DNA of 35,762 nucleotides from Bacillota bacterium (GTDB lineage: Bacteria > Bacillota > Dehalobacteriia > UBA4068), in NCBI GenBank assembly GCA_017531315.1, contig JAFXLH010000162.1:1-35762 (forward strand). Direction: 5' to 3'. A model generated the notes under the pieces. It was not told the origin of the DNA and did no database searches. It saw nothing but the letters and a program-made list of their open reading frames with translations. Positions 18,111 to 27,204 of the stretch are shown in pieces. Both the position numbers and the translations under genes were made by a program. Within the stretch, counting starts at the first letter, position 1. The number at the start of each line of letters is the position of its first letter.

Positions 18111-19370
18111 ATGACCAACAGCTTTACTCTTTCCTGCGGTATGCGCGTTTTGGTAGAACCGATGCCGTATCTGCGCTCCGTGGCCTGCGGCCTGTGGGTA
18201 GACAGCGGCTCTGCCGCCGAGACCGACCAACTGGCCGGTGCATCCCACTTCATCGAACATATGCTGTTCAAAGGCACTCCCACGCGTGATGCCCGTACCA
18301 TCGCTTCCGCCATGGAATCGGTGGGCGGCATGATGAATGCCTTTACTTCCAAAGAAATGACCTGCTTCTACACCCGCTGCCTGGATGAAGATTTCCGTCT
18401 GGCGCTGGAGCTTTTGGCAGATATCTACCTCAATTCTCTCTTCGATGCGGAAGAATTTGCCCGCGAAAAGAATGTTATCATCGAAGAGATCAAAATGGGC
18501 GAAGATGACCCGGAAGACGTGGTCAGCGAGCAGTTCACCGCCCTGCTGTGGCCGCAGCAGAGCTACGGTCGCCCGGTCATCGGCAGCGTGGAAACGGTCA
18601 GCGCTATGACCGCCGACCAGCTGCGCGCCTATCAGCGCCGCCAGTACACGCCGCAGAACAGCGTGCTCACCGTCACCGGCAATGTCAGCGCCGAGCAGGT
18701 GCAGGAAGCCGCGGAAGCCCTGTTTGCCGGCTTCAGGGCCGGTGCGGAAGCCGTGCTGCAGCCGCCGCAGCTGGTTACCGCTGCCAAGGGCGGTTACGGC
18801 TACACCTACAAGGATATCGAGCAGAACCACATCTGCCTCGGCTTTGCCGGGGTGGATTGCCGCGATGACGACTTCTATGCCGTGCAGCTGCTGACCAATC
18901 TGTTGGGCGGCGGCGCCAGCAGCCGTCTCTTCCAGGAAGTACGCGAAAAGCGCGGCCTTTGCTATTCCGTATACTCCTACCCGCTGCATTACCGCCCCTG
19001 CGGCTACCAGATGACCTATGCTTCTACCCGCCCGGAAAACACCCGCCAGCTGATCGACGTGGTGCTGGAGCAGATCAACGATATCCTGCACAACGGCGTG
19101 GATGAAAAAGAACTCCACTCTTCCCGCCAGCAGCTGAAAGGCTCGCTGCTGCTGGGTATGGAAAACAGCGGCAGCGTGATGAACCGTCTGGGCAAGAGCA
19201 TGCTCACCTTAGGTCGCGTACGCACCGTGGATGAAGCGGCCGCCGCGCTGGATGCCCTGACTGCCGAAGATGTGATGAAAGCGGCCCGCCGCATTTTCAG
19301 ACCGGGCGAGCTGCTGCTCTCCGTAGTAGGCGCAGAAGATCCGCAGCTGGATGTGAAACAGCTGTTTTAA
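18111..19370 (+). CDS. M16 family zinc peptidase (YmxG/MlpA-like)
   Basis: HxxEH motif (HFIEH). ATG 18111 follows GGAGG at 18101..18105. The track ORF start 17883 overlaps the previous gene and was trimmed. Confidence 0.85.
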   Translation: MTNSFTLSCGMRVLVEPMPYLRSVACGLWVDSGSAAETDQLAGASHFIEHMLFKGTPTRDARTIASAMESVGGMMNAFTSKEMTCFYTRCLDEDFRLALELLADIYLNSLFDAEEFAREKNVIIEEIKMGEDDPEDVVSEQFTALLWPQQSYGRPVIGSVETVSAMTADQLRAYQRRQYTPQNSVLTVTGNVSAEQVQEAAEALFAGFRAGAEAVLQPPQLVTAAKGGYGYTYKDIEQNHICLGFAGVDCRDDDFYAVQLLTNLLGGGASSRLFQEVREKRGLCYSVYSYPLHYRPCGYQMTYASTRPENTRQLIDVVLEQINDILHNGVDEKELHSSRQQLKGSLLLGMENSGSVMNRLGKSMLTLGRVRTVDEAAAALDALTAEDVMKAARRIFRPGELLLSVVGAEDPQLDVKQLF

Positions 19371-19381
19371 GAGGTGATACT

Positions 19382-19831
19382 ATGGTCACGGTTAAGATTA
19401 AACCCCTGGCAAACCTGGGCGAACTGCCCCTGCCCGCTTATCAGAGCGCGCAGGCGGCCGGTATGGATGTAGCTGCTGCGGTGGATGCGGCGGTAGTGCT
19501 GCAGCCGGGCGAGCGTCGGCTCATCCCCTGCGGCTTCTCGCTGGAGCTGCCGCCCGGCTATGAGGCGCAGATGCGCCCGCGCAGCGGTCTGGCCTTAAAG
19601 CACGGACTGACGCTGCTCAATTCCCCCGGCACCATCGATGCCGATTATCGCGGCGAGGTGGGCGCTATCCTCATCAACCACGGCAGCGAACCGTTCACCG
19701 TTGAGCGCGGTATGCGTATCGCGCAGATGGTGATTTGCGCGCTGCCGCAGGTAGAGCTGGTGGTGGCGGATGAGCTTGGCGACACCGAGCGCGGCGCCGG
19801 CGGCTTCGGCCACAGCGGCATCAAGGCATAA
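19382..19831 (+). CDS. dut: dUTP diphosphatase
   Basis: 149 aa with dUTPase motifs RSGLA and [10 protein letters not shown]. Confidence 0.9.
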   Translation: MVTVKIKPLANLGELPLPAYQSAQAAGMDVAAAVDAAVVLQPGERRLIPCGFSLELPPGYEAQMRPRSGLALKHGLTLLNSPGTIDADYRGEVGAILINHGSEPFTVERGMRIAQMVICALPQVELVVADELGDTERGAGGFGHSGIKA

Positions 19832-19875
19832 GCAGGCAAGCTCACGCATATCTTCCCAATAAAGGAGGGGAGCGT

Positions 19876-20130
19876 ATGCTGCTAAGTGAATTTGCCAACA
19901 AACGCATCATCAATATCTTCGATGGCGACTATATGGGCACCGCCGGCGAATCCGATCTGCTGATCGACGAGGAGCAGGGGCAGATCGTGGAGCTGCTGCT
20001 GCCGCCGCTGCGCGGTGGCTGGTTCGGTGCGGCGCGCCAGCAGGCGGCTGTGCCGTGGTCGGTAGTGAAAAAGATCGGCAGCGAAGTAGTGGTGGTGGAT
20101 ATCGGCTCTATGCCCGAACAAAATATTTAG
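19876..20130 (+). CDS. ymxH: YlmC/YmxH family (PRC-barrel) sporulation protein
   Basis: 84 aa with the typical sequence L.EF..K.IINI.DG...G...DLLIDE..G.I. AAGGAGG lies upstream and the gene sits immediately before dpaA. Confidence 0.75.
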   Translation: MLLSEFANKRIINIFDGDYMGTAGESDLLIDEEQGQIVELLLPPLRGGWFGAARQQAAVPWSVVKKIGSEVVVVDIGSMPEQNI

Positions 20131-20145
20131 ACAAAATATGTGAGT

Positions 20146-20178
20146 AAAAGGACAGCACATGGTTGCTGTCCTTTTTTG
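20146..20178 (+). terminator. rho-independent terminator after ymxH
   Basis: Stem aaaaggacagc/gctgtcctttt with an 8-nt loop, followed by a T-run. Confidence 0.75.
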
Positions 20179-21121
20179 TTGCCCAGGCACTATTGATGTC
20201 ACGGCCGCATATCTTAAGGCGAGAAAGGAGGCGGAGAATATCAGTATATTTGACGAAAACAGCCGCCGCATCGCCGTCATCGGCGGTGATGAGCGGGAAC
20301 AGGTAGCGGCAGCGCGGCTGGCTGCGGCAGGCTACCGCGTTTATTGCTACGGCCGCCCGCAGACGGCCCTGGCCGCAGGTGTACGCTATGCCGCCACGGC
20401 TGCGGAAGCGCTGGAGCATGCAGGTGCGCTGATACTGCCGCAGATACCGCTGCTCAACGAGCGTATCTACAATGCTGAGGGCGCAGAGCTGGTGCTCAGC
20501 GCCGAGGAGTGGCACTTGGCGGCGGGCGCGCTGCTGCTCACCGGGCGGGAGACGCCCTATCTGCGCCAGCTGGCCGCAGAGCATCGGCTGCGTATCGCGG
20601 CGGTGGCGGCAGATGCGGGGCTGCTGCAGCTAAGCTCCCGCGCCACGGCGGAAGCGGCGCTGGCTATCACCGTGCGGCAGCATCCTGGTATGGTGCAGGG
20701 CAGCCGCGTGCTGGTACTGGGCTGCGGCGCGCTGGGGCTGGAGCTGATAGCGGTGCTGACGGCCCTGGGCGCGGATGTGGAGGCGACCAACCGCAGCGAG
20801 GCGCGGCTTGCGGCGGCAGAGGCAGCCGGGGCGGCCATTGTGCCGTGGCTCAGCTGGCGCGACCGGCTGGCGGAATACGACCTCATCTACAACACCGTGC
20901 CCGCGCCGATGCTGGGCGAAGCAGAGCTGCGCCGCCTGCGCGGGAGCGCGCTGATAGTAGATTTGGCCTCGCGCCCCGGCGGTACGGATTTCGCCGCGGC
21001 GGAGCGCCTGGGCAAAAAGGCGCTGCTGGAGCTGGGCCTGCCCGGCAAATATGCACCGCAGGCCATGGGCGCGGCGCTGGCAGAACTGTTTGTGCGGCAT
21101 CTGGAACAGGAAGAGATATGA
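20159..21121 (+). CDS. dpaA: dipicolinate synthase subunit A
   Basis: The IAVIGGDEREQ Rossmann-like N-terminus is followed by a second NAD-binding fold (VLVLGCGALG), and dpaB follows. The 5' end is uncertain. ATG 20159 lies in the loop of the upstream terminator, while a strong AAGGAGG (20225..20231) is followed only by ATC at 20240. Confidence 0.8.
   Translation: MVAVLFCCPGTIDVTAAYLKARKEAENISIFDENSRRIAVIGGDEREQVAAARLAAAGYRVYCYGRPQTALAAGVRYAATAAEALEHAGALILPQIPLLNERIYNAEGAELVLSAEEWHLAAGALLLTGRETPYLRQLAAEHRLRIAAVAADAGLLQLSSRATAEAALAITVRQHPGMVQGSRVLVLGCGALGLELIAVLTALGADVEATNRSEARLAAAEAAGAAIVPWLSWRDRLAEYDLIYNTVPAPMLGEAELRRLRGSALIVDLASRPGGTDFAAAERLGKKALLELGLPGKYAPQAMGAALAELFVRHLEQEEI
20189..20216 (+). 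promoter_or_regulatory. candidate sigma-K-type (mother-cell) promoter for dpaAB
   Basis: AC at 20189..20190, a 17-nt spacer, then CATATCTTA at 20208..20216. This matches the AC-N16/17-CATAnnnTA pattern. In B. subtilis the spoVF operon is sigma-K dependent. Confidence 0.35.
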
Positions 21122-21133
21122 GGAGGATATGTG

Positions 21134-21730
21134 ATGCAGGATATTGATTTGCAGGGCAAACGCATCGGCTTTGCCGTGACCGGCTCCTTCTGCACGCTGG
21201 AACAGGCGGTGGCGGCGATGCGCGAGCTGAAGAACTTAGGTGCGGAAGTGCTGCCCATCGCATCGGCAGCGGTGCAGGCTACGGACAGCCGCTTCGGCAC
21301 GGCGGCGCATTGGCGGGAAGAGCTGCTTATCGCCAGCGGGGCAGATGATATCATCGGCAGCGTGGTGGCGGCAGAGCCCATCGGCCCGAAGCGGCTGATC
21401 GATCTGCTGATCATCGCGCCGTGCACCAGCAATACGCTGGCTAAGCTGGCGCACGGCGTCAATGACGACGCGGTGACCATGGCCGCCAAAAGCCACCTGC
21501 GTAACGGCGGCCCGGTGCTGATCGGCATCTCCACCAATGACGGCCTTTCCAATTCGGCGGCCAATATCGCGCGGCTGCTGGAGCGCAAGCAGTACTACTT
21601 CATCCCCTTCGGGCAGGATGATGCGGCGAAGAAGCCCAACTCGCTGGTGGCGGATTTTGCCTATCTGCCCGCCGCAGCCGCAGCGGCGCTGGCAGGGCAG
21701 CAGCATCAGCCGCTCTTGATACAAAGATAA
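21134..21730 (+). CDS. dpaB: dipicolinate synthase subunit B (flavoprotein family)
   Basis: Motif GKRIGFAVTGSFCT. AGGAGG at 21121..21126 lies 7 nt before ATG 21134; GTG 21131 is an alternative start. Confidence 0.88.
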   Translation: MQDIDLQGKRIGFAVTGSFCTLEQAVAAMRELKNLGAEVLPIASAAVQATDSRFGTAAHWREELLIASGADDIIGSVVAAEPIGPKRLIDLLIIAPCTSNTLAKLAHGVNDDAVTMAAKSHLRNGGPVLIGISTNDGLSNSAANIARLLERKQYYFIPFGQDDAAKKPNSLVADFAYLPAAAAAALAGQQHQPLLIQR

Positions 21731-21734
21731 ACTG

Positions 21735-21763
21735 TTGCCAAGCAGGGGATAAAGTGATATAAT
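21735..21763 (+). promoter_or_regulatory. near-consensus extended -10 sigma-A promoter for asd-dapA
   Basis: TTGCCA at 21735..21740, a 17-nt spacer ending in TGa, then TATAAT at 21758..21763. Confidence 0.6.
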
Positions 21764-21801
21764 ACATCAATTAAACTTTGCTGTGAGTGGAGGTATTTTC
21801 T

Positions 21802-22818
21802 ATGAAAATGTACAATGTTGCAATCGTTGGCGCTACCGGTGCAGTCGGTCAGCAGCTGCTTACCTGCCTGGCCGAACGCAATTTCCCCATCGGTGAGCTG
21901 CGCCTGCTGGCCTCCGCCCGCTCCAAAGGTAAGGTCATCAGCTACTGCGGTACGGATTACGTGGTAGATGAAACTACGGAAGATTCTTTTGCCGGTATCG
22001 ATATCGCCCTCTTTGCCGGCGGCGCTGCCAGCAAAATGTATGCTGCAGCCGCCGTAAATGCCGGCGCCGTGGTCATCGATAACAGCAGCAGCTTCCGCTA
22101 TGACCCCGAAGTGCCGCTCGTCGTGCCGGAAGTAAACCCGGAAGATGTACGCTGGCATAAAGGCATTATCGCCAATCCCAACTGCTCCACCATCCAGATG
22201 GTGGTCGCCCTGAAGCCCCTGCACGATGCCGCCAAGATCAAGCGCATCGTCGTTTCCACCTACCAGGCCGCATCCGGCGCCGGTGTGGAGGGCCTGAACG
22301 AACTGCGCGATCAGGCGCAAATTCTTGCTGCCGACCCCAATGCCGAGATCACTCCCAGCGCCTTTGCCCATCAGCTGGCCTTCAATGTGATCCCGCATAT
22401 CGACGTCTTCCAGGATAATGACTATACCAAGGAAGAAATGAAGATGCACTGGGAAACGCAGAAAATGTTCCATGATAATGAGATCAGAGTAAGTGCCACC
22501 GCGGTGCGTGTACCTGTTTACCGCAGCCATTCCGAAGCAGTAAGCATTGAAACGGAACGCAAACTCACCGCCGCGGAAGCCAAAGAGATACTGAAGAATG
22601 CTCCCGGCGTTGTCCTGCAGGACGATATCGCCAACAAGGTCTACCCGATGCCGCTGCTTTCCAGCGATACCGATCTGGTATATGTGGGCCGCGTGCGTGA
22701 AGATATCTCCTGCGATAACGGCCTCTGCCTGTGGGTAGTTGCCGACCAGATCCGCAAGGGCGCTGCCACCAATGCCGTGCAGATCGCCGAATTGCTGGTC
22801 AAAGAAGAGCTGGTCTAA
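21802..22818 (+). CDS. asd: aspartate-semialdehyde dehydrogenase
   Basis: VAIVGATGAVGQ NAD(P)-binding motif and the active-site NPNCSTI. ATG 21802 lies 8 nt after GGAGG. Confidence 0.93.
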   Translation: MKMYNVAIVGATGAVGQQLLTCLAERNFPIGELRLLASARSKGKVISYCGTDYVVDETTEDSFAGIDIALFAGGAASKMYAAAAVNAGAVVIDNSSSFRYDPEVPLVVPEVNPEDVRWHKGIIANPNCSTIQMVVALKPLHDAAKIKRIVVSTYQAASGAGVEGLNELRDQAQILAADPNAEITPSAFAHQLAFNVIPHIDVFQDNDYTKEEMKMHWETQKMFHDNEIRVSATAVRVPVYRSHSEAVSIETERKLTAAEAKEILKNAPGVVLQDDIANKVYPMPLLSSDTDLVYVGRVREDISCDNGLCLWVVADQIRKGAATNAVQIAELLVKEELV

Positions 22819-22876
22819 AGTATTTCCATAAGCTTAGGTGTTCCGGGAGCGTGTGACGGAAAACGGAGGTCCTGAT

Positions 22877-23758
22877 ATGGATTTTGGTCGTGTTGTCACC
22901 GCCATGGTCACCCCTATGTATGCCGATGGCGCCGTTAACTACAGCCAGGCCGCGCATCTTGCCGAGTATCTGTTCGAGCATGGCTCGGATGCTGTGGTCG
23001 TCTGCGGCACCACCGGCGAAAGCCCCACGCTGAACACGGAAGAAAAGCTGCGCCTCCTGAGCGCTGTCAAAGACGCGGCCGCCGGCCATGGCATAGTTAT
23101 CGCCGGCACCTCTTCCAATGATACTGCGGCCTCGGTAGCGTTGAGCTGCCGCGCCGCCGAGCTGGGCGCCGATGCGCTGCTGCTGGTCACCCCCTGCTAC
23201 AATAAGCCGCCGCAGGAAGGGCTGTATCAGCATTATGCCGCCATCGCCCGCGCGGTGGAGCTGCCGCTGATGCTCTACAATGTGCCCGGCCGCACCGCCT
23301 GCAATCTTGAAGCTGCTACGGTGGCGCGGCTGGCTGAAGAATTCCCGCATATCGCGGCGGTAAAAGAAGCCTCCGGCAATCTGGAGCAGGCCAGCCGCAT
23401 CCGCGATCTTACCCCGCCCGCCTTCCGCCTCTATTCCGGCAATGACGGCGATACGCTGCCGTTGCTGGCGCTGGGCGGCAGCGGCGTGGTCAGCGTGGCC
23501 TCGCATCTGGTGGGCCGCGAGATCCGCGAGATGGTAGACCTGTGCCTCGGCGGCGAATTCGGTGCGGCGGCGCAGCTGCATCGCCATCTTGCCGATATGT
23601 TCAAAAAGTTGTTCATCTGCGCCAATCCCATACCGCTCAAATATGCGCTCAACCGCATCGGTATGGATGTAGGCGGCTGCCGCCTGCCGCTGGTCAGCTT
23701 AAATGCGGCGCAAAAGCAGGAAATCGACGCCCTGCTGGATAAATATAATTTGATTTAA
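22877..23758 (+). CDS. dapA: 4-hydroxy-tetrahydrodipicolinate synthase
   Basis: Motifs VTAMVTPM, GTTGES, YNVPGRT and the catalytic-Lys context AVKEASG. ATG 22877 follows GGAGG at 22865..22869. Confidence 0.93.
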   Translation: MDFGRVVTAMVTPMYADGAVNYSQAAHLAEYLFEHGSDAVVVCGTTGESPTLNTEEKLRLLSAVKDAAAGHGIVIAGTSSNDTAASVALSCRAAELGADALLLVTPCYNKPPQEGLYQHYAAIARAVELPLMLYNVPGRTACNLEAATVARLAEEFPHIAAVKEASGNLEQASRIRDLTPPAFRLYSGNDGDTLPLLALGGSGVVSVASHLVGREIREMVDLCLGGEFGAAAQLHRHLADMFKKLFICANPIPLKYALNRIGMDVGGCRLPLVSLNAAQKQEIDALLDKYNLI

Positions 23759-23965
23759 CTTTTATTCAGTATTATTTGCCAATAAACGGCATACACTTAA
23801 AGCAGAAGCTATGGGGGTGTGTCGCCGCCGTGCGGCCACCCCTGCAATCATAGATAAAACTTAAAAACGCAGCTAAACACAAGTGGACAAGCTTGTGTTA
23901 AAAATAATGCACTGAAATCAAAGGGATATATTCCCGTTTTTGTGATGCACAGAAAAGGAGAAACT

Positions 23966-26038
23966 ATGGCAGAAGAAAACAAACAAACCCCTGCTCAAAC
24001 CGAAGAAGTAAAAGAAAAGAAAAAAAGCAGCTTCTGGCAGCGCCGCCGCAAAAAGGCCGCCGAAGCGGAAGCTGCCGCTGCAACGGCTGCAGTAGAGGTG
24101 GCGGAAGAGATCGCCCCCGCCAAGCCCGCCAAGGCCAAGGGCAAAAAGAAAGCGGCAGAAGCTGCCGCTGCAGAAACCACCGCCAAAAAGCCGGCCAAGA
24201 AGGCTGCCAAAACGGAAAAGAGGCCTGCCGATAAAAAGGCGGAAAAGAAAACCAAGGAAAAACCGGCCAAGGGCAAGCAGAAAACCGTAGAACCCACCCC
24301 GCCGCCGGTAGACCTGCTGGAAAAACCGGCCGAAAAAGCTGCCAAAGCGCCTAAAGCCAAGGGCGGCAAGAAGAGCGGACACGAAGGCCCCAAGCTGCGC
24401 GTCATCTCTCTGGGCGGCCTGGGCGAAGTCGGCAAAAACATGACCGTGCTCGAATACGGTGACGATATCATCATCATCGACTGCGGCGTAATGTTCCCCG
24501 GCGAAGACCTGCCCGGCGTAGATCTGGTCATCCCCGATTACAGCTATCTGAGCGAAAAGAAAGATATTATCCGCGGCTTCTTCCTCACCCACGGCCACGA
24601 GGACCATATCGGCGGTATGCCCTATGCCCTGCGCGACCTCAAAGCCCCGGTATACGGCACGTCGCTCACCCTCGGCCTGCTCAAGGCCAAGCTGGCCGAG
24701 CATCGCGTGCCTATGGATGCTCATGTCGTCAAGCCGCGTGATGTGGTGGATGCCGGCGTGTTCCGCGTGGAATTTATCCGCGTCACCCACAGCATCCCGG
24801 ATTCCGTCGGCCTTGCCATCCACACTCCCGTCGGCACGGTACTGGTGATCAGCGACTTCAAGATGGATATGTCGCCCATCGATGGCGAGCTGACCGATTT
24901 CGGACGCATCTCCGCATTAGGCGAAAAGGGCGTGCTGCTGCTGCTGGCCGACAGCACCAATGCCGAGCGCGACGGCTTCACGCCCAGCGAAAAGACGGTC
25001 GGCTACACCTTCGACAAGCTGTTTGCCAAGGCGGCGGGCCGCATCATCGTCACCACCTTCGCATCTAACGTACATCGCCTGCAGCAGGCCATCTGGTCTG
25101 CCTACAATAGCGGGCGCAAAGTGGCCATCGTCGGCCGCGGCATGCAGACGGTATCTTCCATCGCTATGGAGCTGGGATATCTCAAAATGCCGCCCGGCAC
25201 CCAGATCGATATCGACGATATCAACGACTACCCGGATAGCCGCATCCTCATCCTCACCACCGGCTCTCAGGGCGAGCCGCTTTCCGCGCTGACCCGCATG
25301 GCCGCCGGCGAACACCGTCAGGTGAAGATCATGCCCGGCGATACGGTCATCATCTCCGCCACGCCCATCCCCGGCAACGAACGCCTGGTTGGCCGCACCA
25401 TCGACAATCTCTACCGTCAGGGCGCTACCGTCATCTACGAGCGCTCCGCCGGTATCCACGTATCCGGCCACGCCAGCCGCGACGAGCTGCGCGTGCTGCT
25501 GAATATGGCCAAGCCCAAATACTTCATGCCGATGCACGGCGAATACCGTATGCTGTACAAGCATGTGATGCTGGCGCAGGAACTGGGCATGTCTGCCGAA
25601 AACACCTTCGTGATGGAAAAGGGTCAGGTGCTGGAGATCTCCCGCAAGCACGCCGCTGTTTCCGGCAGCGTTCCTGCCGGTCAGGTGCTGATCGACGGCC
25701 TCGGCGTGGGCGATATCGGCGCCTCCGTGCTGCGTGACCGCCGTCAGCTGGCCGAAGGCGGCATGATCATTGTCAACGCCGTATTCACCCGCGGCGGCCT
25801 GCAGCCGATGCTGCTGGTCGGCCCGGAGATCACCTCCCGCGGATTCATATTTGAACGCGAATATGAGCATATTATTGACGAGATCAAAGAAAAAGTGGCG
25901 GAAGTGCTTACTCCCAATCAGCTCAGCGATTGCCACGTCAACGATCTGCGTCAACAGGTTCGCGTTTGTGTGGAACGCTATATCACCAAACGCACCGGTC
26001 GCCGCCCGATCGTGGTACCGGTGATCAACGAGATCTAA
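23966..26038 (+). CDS. rnj: ribonuclease J with a 142-aa basic Ala/Lys/Pro/Glu-rich N-terminal extension
   Basis: The metallo-beta-lactamase/beta-CASP core starts at [16 protein letters not shown] (nt 24392) and carries [12 protein letters not shown] 23966 follows AAGGAG at 23955..23960. Confidence 0.9.
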   Translation: MAEENKQTPAQTEEVKEKKKSSFWQRRRKKAAEAEAAAATAAVEVAEEIAPAKPAKAKGKKKAAEAAAAETTAKKPAKKAAKTEKRPADKKAEKKTKEKPAKGKQKTVEPTPPPVDLLEKPAEKAAKAPKAKGGKKSGHEGPKLRVISLGGLGEVGKNMTVLEYGDDIIIIDCGVMFPGEDLPGVDLVIPDYSYLSEKKDIIRGFFLTHGHEDHIGGMPYALRDLKAPVYGTSLTLGLLKAKLAEHRVPMDAHVVKPRDVVDAGVFRVEFIRVTHSIPDSVGLAIHTPVGTVLVISDFKMDMSPIDGELTDFGRISALGEKGVLLLLADSTNAERDGFTPSEKTVGYTFDKLFAKAAGRIIVTTFASNVHRLQQAIWSAYNSGRKVAIVGRGMQTVSSIAMELGYLKMPPGTQIDIDDINDYPDSRILILTTGSQGEPLSALTRMAAGEHRQVKIMPGDTVIISATPIPGNERLVGRTIDNLYRQGATVIYERSAGIHVSGHASRDELRVLLNMAKPKYFMPMHGEYRMLYKHVMLAQELGMSAENTFVMEKGQVLEISRKHAAVSGSVPAGQVLIDGLGVGDIGASVLRDRRQLAEGGMIIVNAVFTRGGLQPMLLVGPEITSRGFIFEREYEHIIDEIKEKVAEVLTPNQLSDCHVNDLRQQVRVCVERYITKRTGRRPIVVPVINEI

Positions 26039-26045
26039 AGGATAC

Positions 26046-26092
26046 TGCCGCCGCTGGGGAGGTGTTATTATGCTGCCAGCGGCGGCATTTTT
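26046..26092 (+). terminator. rho-independent terminator of rnj whose loop contains an SD and ATG
   Basis: Perfect 12-bp GC-rich stem tgccgccgctgg/ccagcggcggca. The 18-nt loop ggaggtgttattatgctg is followed by TTTTT. Confidence 0.8.
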
Positions 26093-26831
26093 ACGCAATG
26101 AAATGAATCCGGATATGATACCGGAAGAAGCGCCGATGGAAAACGCCGATGCCGGCACGGCGGAAACGCTGAACGACTTCGGCCAGCTCACTCTGCCGCG
26201 CCCGCTTAGCGATATCCACGTTATCACCGTGATCGGGCAGGTAGAGGGGCATCTGGTAGTACCGGCGCAGAACAAAGCCACCAAGTACGAGCATATCATC
26301 CCGCAGCTGGTGGCGGTGGAGCAGTGCAGCGATATCAAGGGCCTGCTGGTGATACTCAACACCGTGGGCGGCGATGTGGAGGCAGGCTTGGCGATAGCGG
26401 AAATGATCGCCTCGCTCTCCAAGCCCACGGCCTCGCTGGTTTTGGGCGGCGGCCACTCCATCGGCGTGCCCATCGCGGTGGCGGCAGATAAAACCTTTAT
26501 CGCTCCCACCGCCACCATGACCATCCACCCCATCCGCCTCACTGGGCTGGTGGTGGGCGTGCAGCAGAGCTTCGACTATCTGGAGCGGATGCAGGATCGC
26601 ATCATCAACTTCGTCAGCAACCATTCGCAGATCGATGCCGAGCACTTCCGCCGCCTAATGATGACCACCGGCGAAATGGCGCGCGATGTGGGCACTATCG
26701 TCGTCGGCGAGCAGGCGGTGGAATGTGGGCTGATCGACGCGGTGGGCGGCCTGACCGATGCCATCTCCTACCTGCGGCAGCAGATCGGCCCGCCGGCAGG
26801 GCAGGGGAGCAAAGGTGGTGAGGCGCGGTGA
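26070..26831 (+). CDS. tepA: ClpP-class serine protease TepA/YmfB family
   Basis: Strong resemblance to my recollection of B. subtilis TepA (IGQVEGH...[18 protein letters not shown]...[26 protein letters not shown]...[12 protein letters not shown]...MTIHPIRL). The start is ambiguous among ATG 26070, 26103 and 26136. Confidence 0.8.
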   Translation: MLPAAAFLRNEMNPDMIPEEAPMENADAGTAETLNDFGQLTLPRPLSDIHVITVIGQVEGHLVVPAQNKATKYEHIIPQLVAVEQCSDIKGLLVILNTVGGDVEAGLAIAEMIASLSKPTASLVLGGGHSIGVPIAVAADKTFIAPTATMTIHPIRLTGLVVGVQQSFDYLERMQDRIINFVSNHSQIDAEHFRRLMMTTGEMARDVGTIVVGEQAVECGLIDAVGGLTDAISYLRQQIGPPAGQGSKGGEAR

Positions 26832-27040
26832 TCTGGAGCATCGTACCGGAAGAGCTGCTCTCCGGCGACAGCGCGCAGCTGGAACAGCTGGATTATCTGG
26901 GTCGCAAGGTGCTGGCGCGCAAAAACGCGGACGGCGCCTACGAGCTTTCCGCATTGCTGTCATCCGATCCGCAGGACTTTTTGGATCCCCGATTTGCAGT
27001 AGGCAGCATCATTTGTCAAAATACGACTAAAGATAACTGA
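26828..27040 (+). CDS. ylzJ: YlzJ-like small protein
   Basis: 70 aa beginning [11 protein letters not shown]. It is translationally coupled to tepA through a GTGA overlap and occupies the conserved tepA-ylzJ-ftsK position. Confidence 0.6.
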   Translation: MIWSIVPEELLSGDSAQLEQLDYLGRKVLARKNADGAYELSALLSSDPQDFLDPRFAVGSIICQNTTKDN

Positions 27041-27051
27041 AAAATACCTGT

Positions 27052-27079
27052 AAGGCGCGGCTTTGCTGCGCCTTTTTTC
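27052..27079 (+). terminator. rho-independent terminator after ylzJ
   Basis: 9-bp stem aaggcgcgg/ctgcgcctt (one G-U pair) followed by TTTTTT. Confidence 0.8.
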
Positions 27080-27108
27080 TTGCTTTAGCGGCGGCGGTGT
27101 AGTACAAT
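27080..27108 (+). promoter_or_regulatory. candidate sigma-A promoter for ftsK (TTGCTT-17-TACAAT)
   Basis: TTGCTT at 27080..27085 and TACAAT at 27103..27108 with a 17-nt spacer. Confidence 0.4.
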
Positions 27109-27204
27109 ATAAGGTACAGAATTATCGCCAAAACGGCTAATTTTCACAATGCTTAGTATTACTGCTTCCCGTACCTGCGGTTGTTGAAAATAAAGAGGTA
27201 GAAT

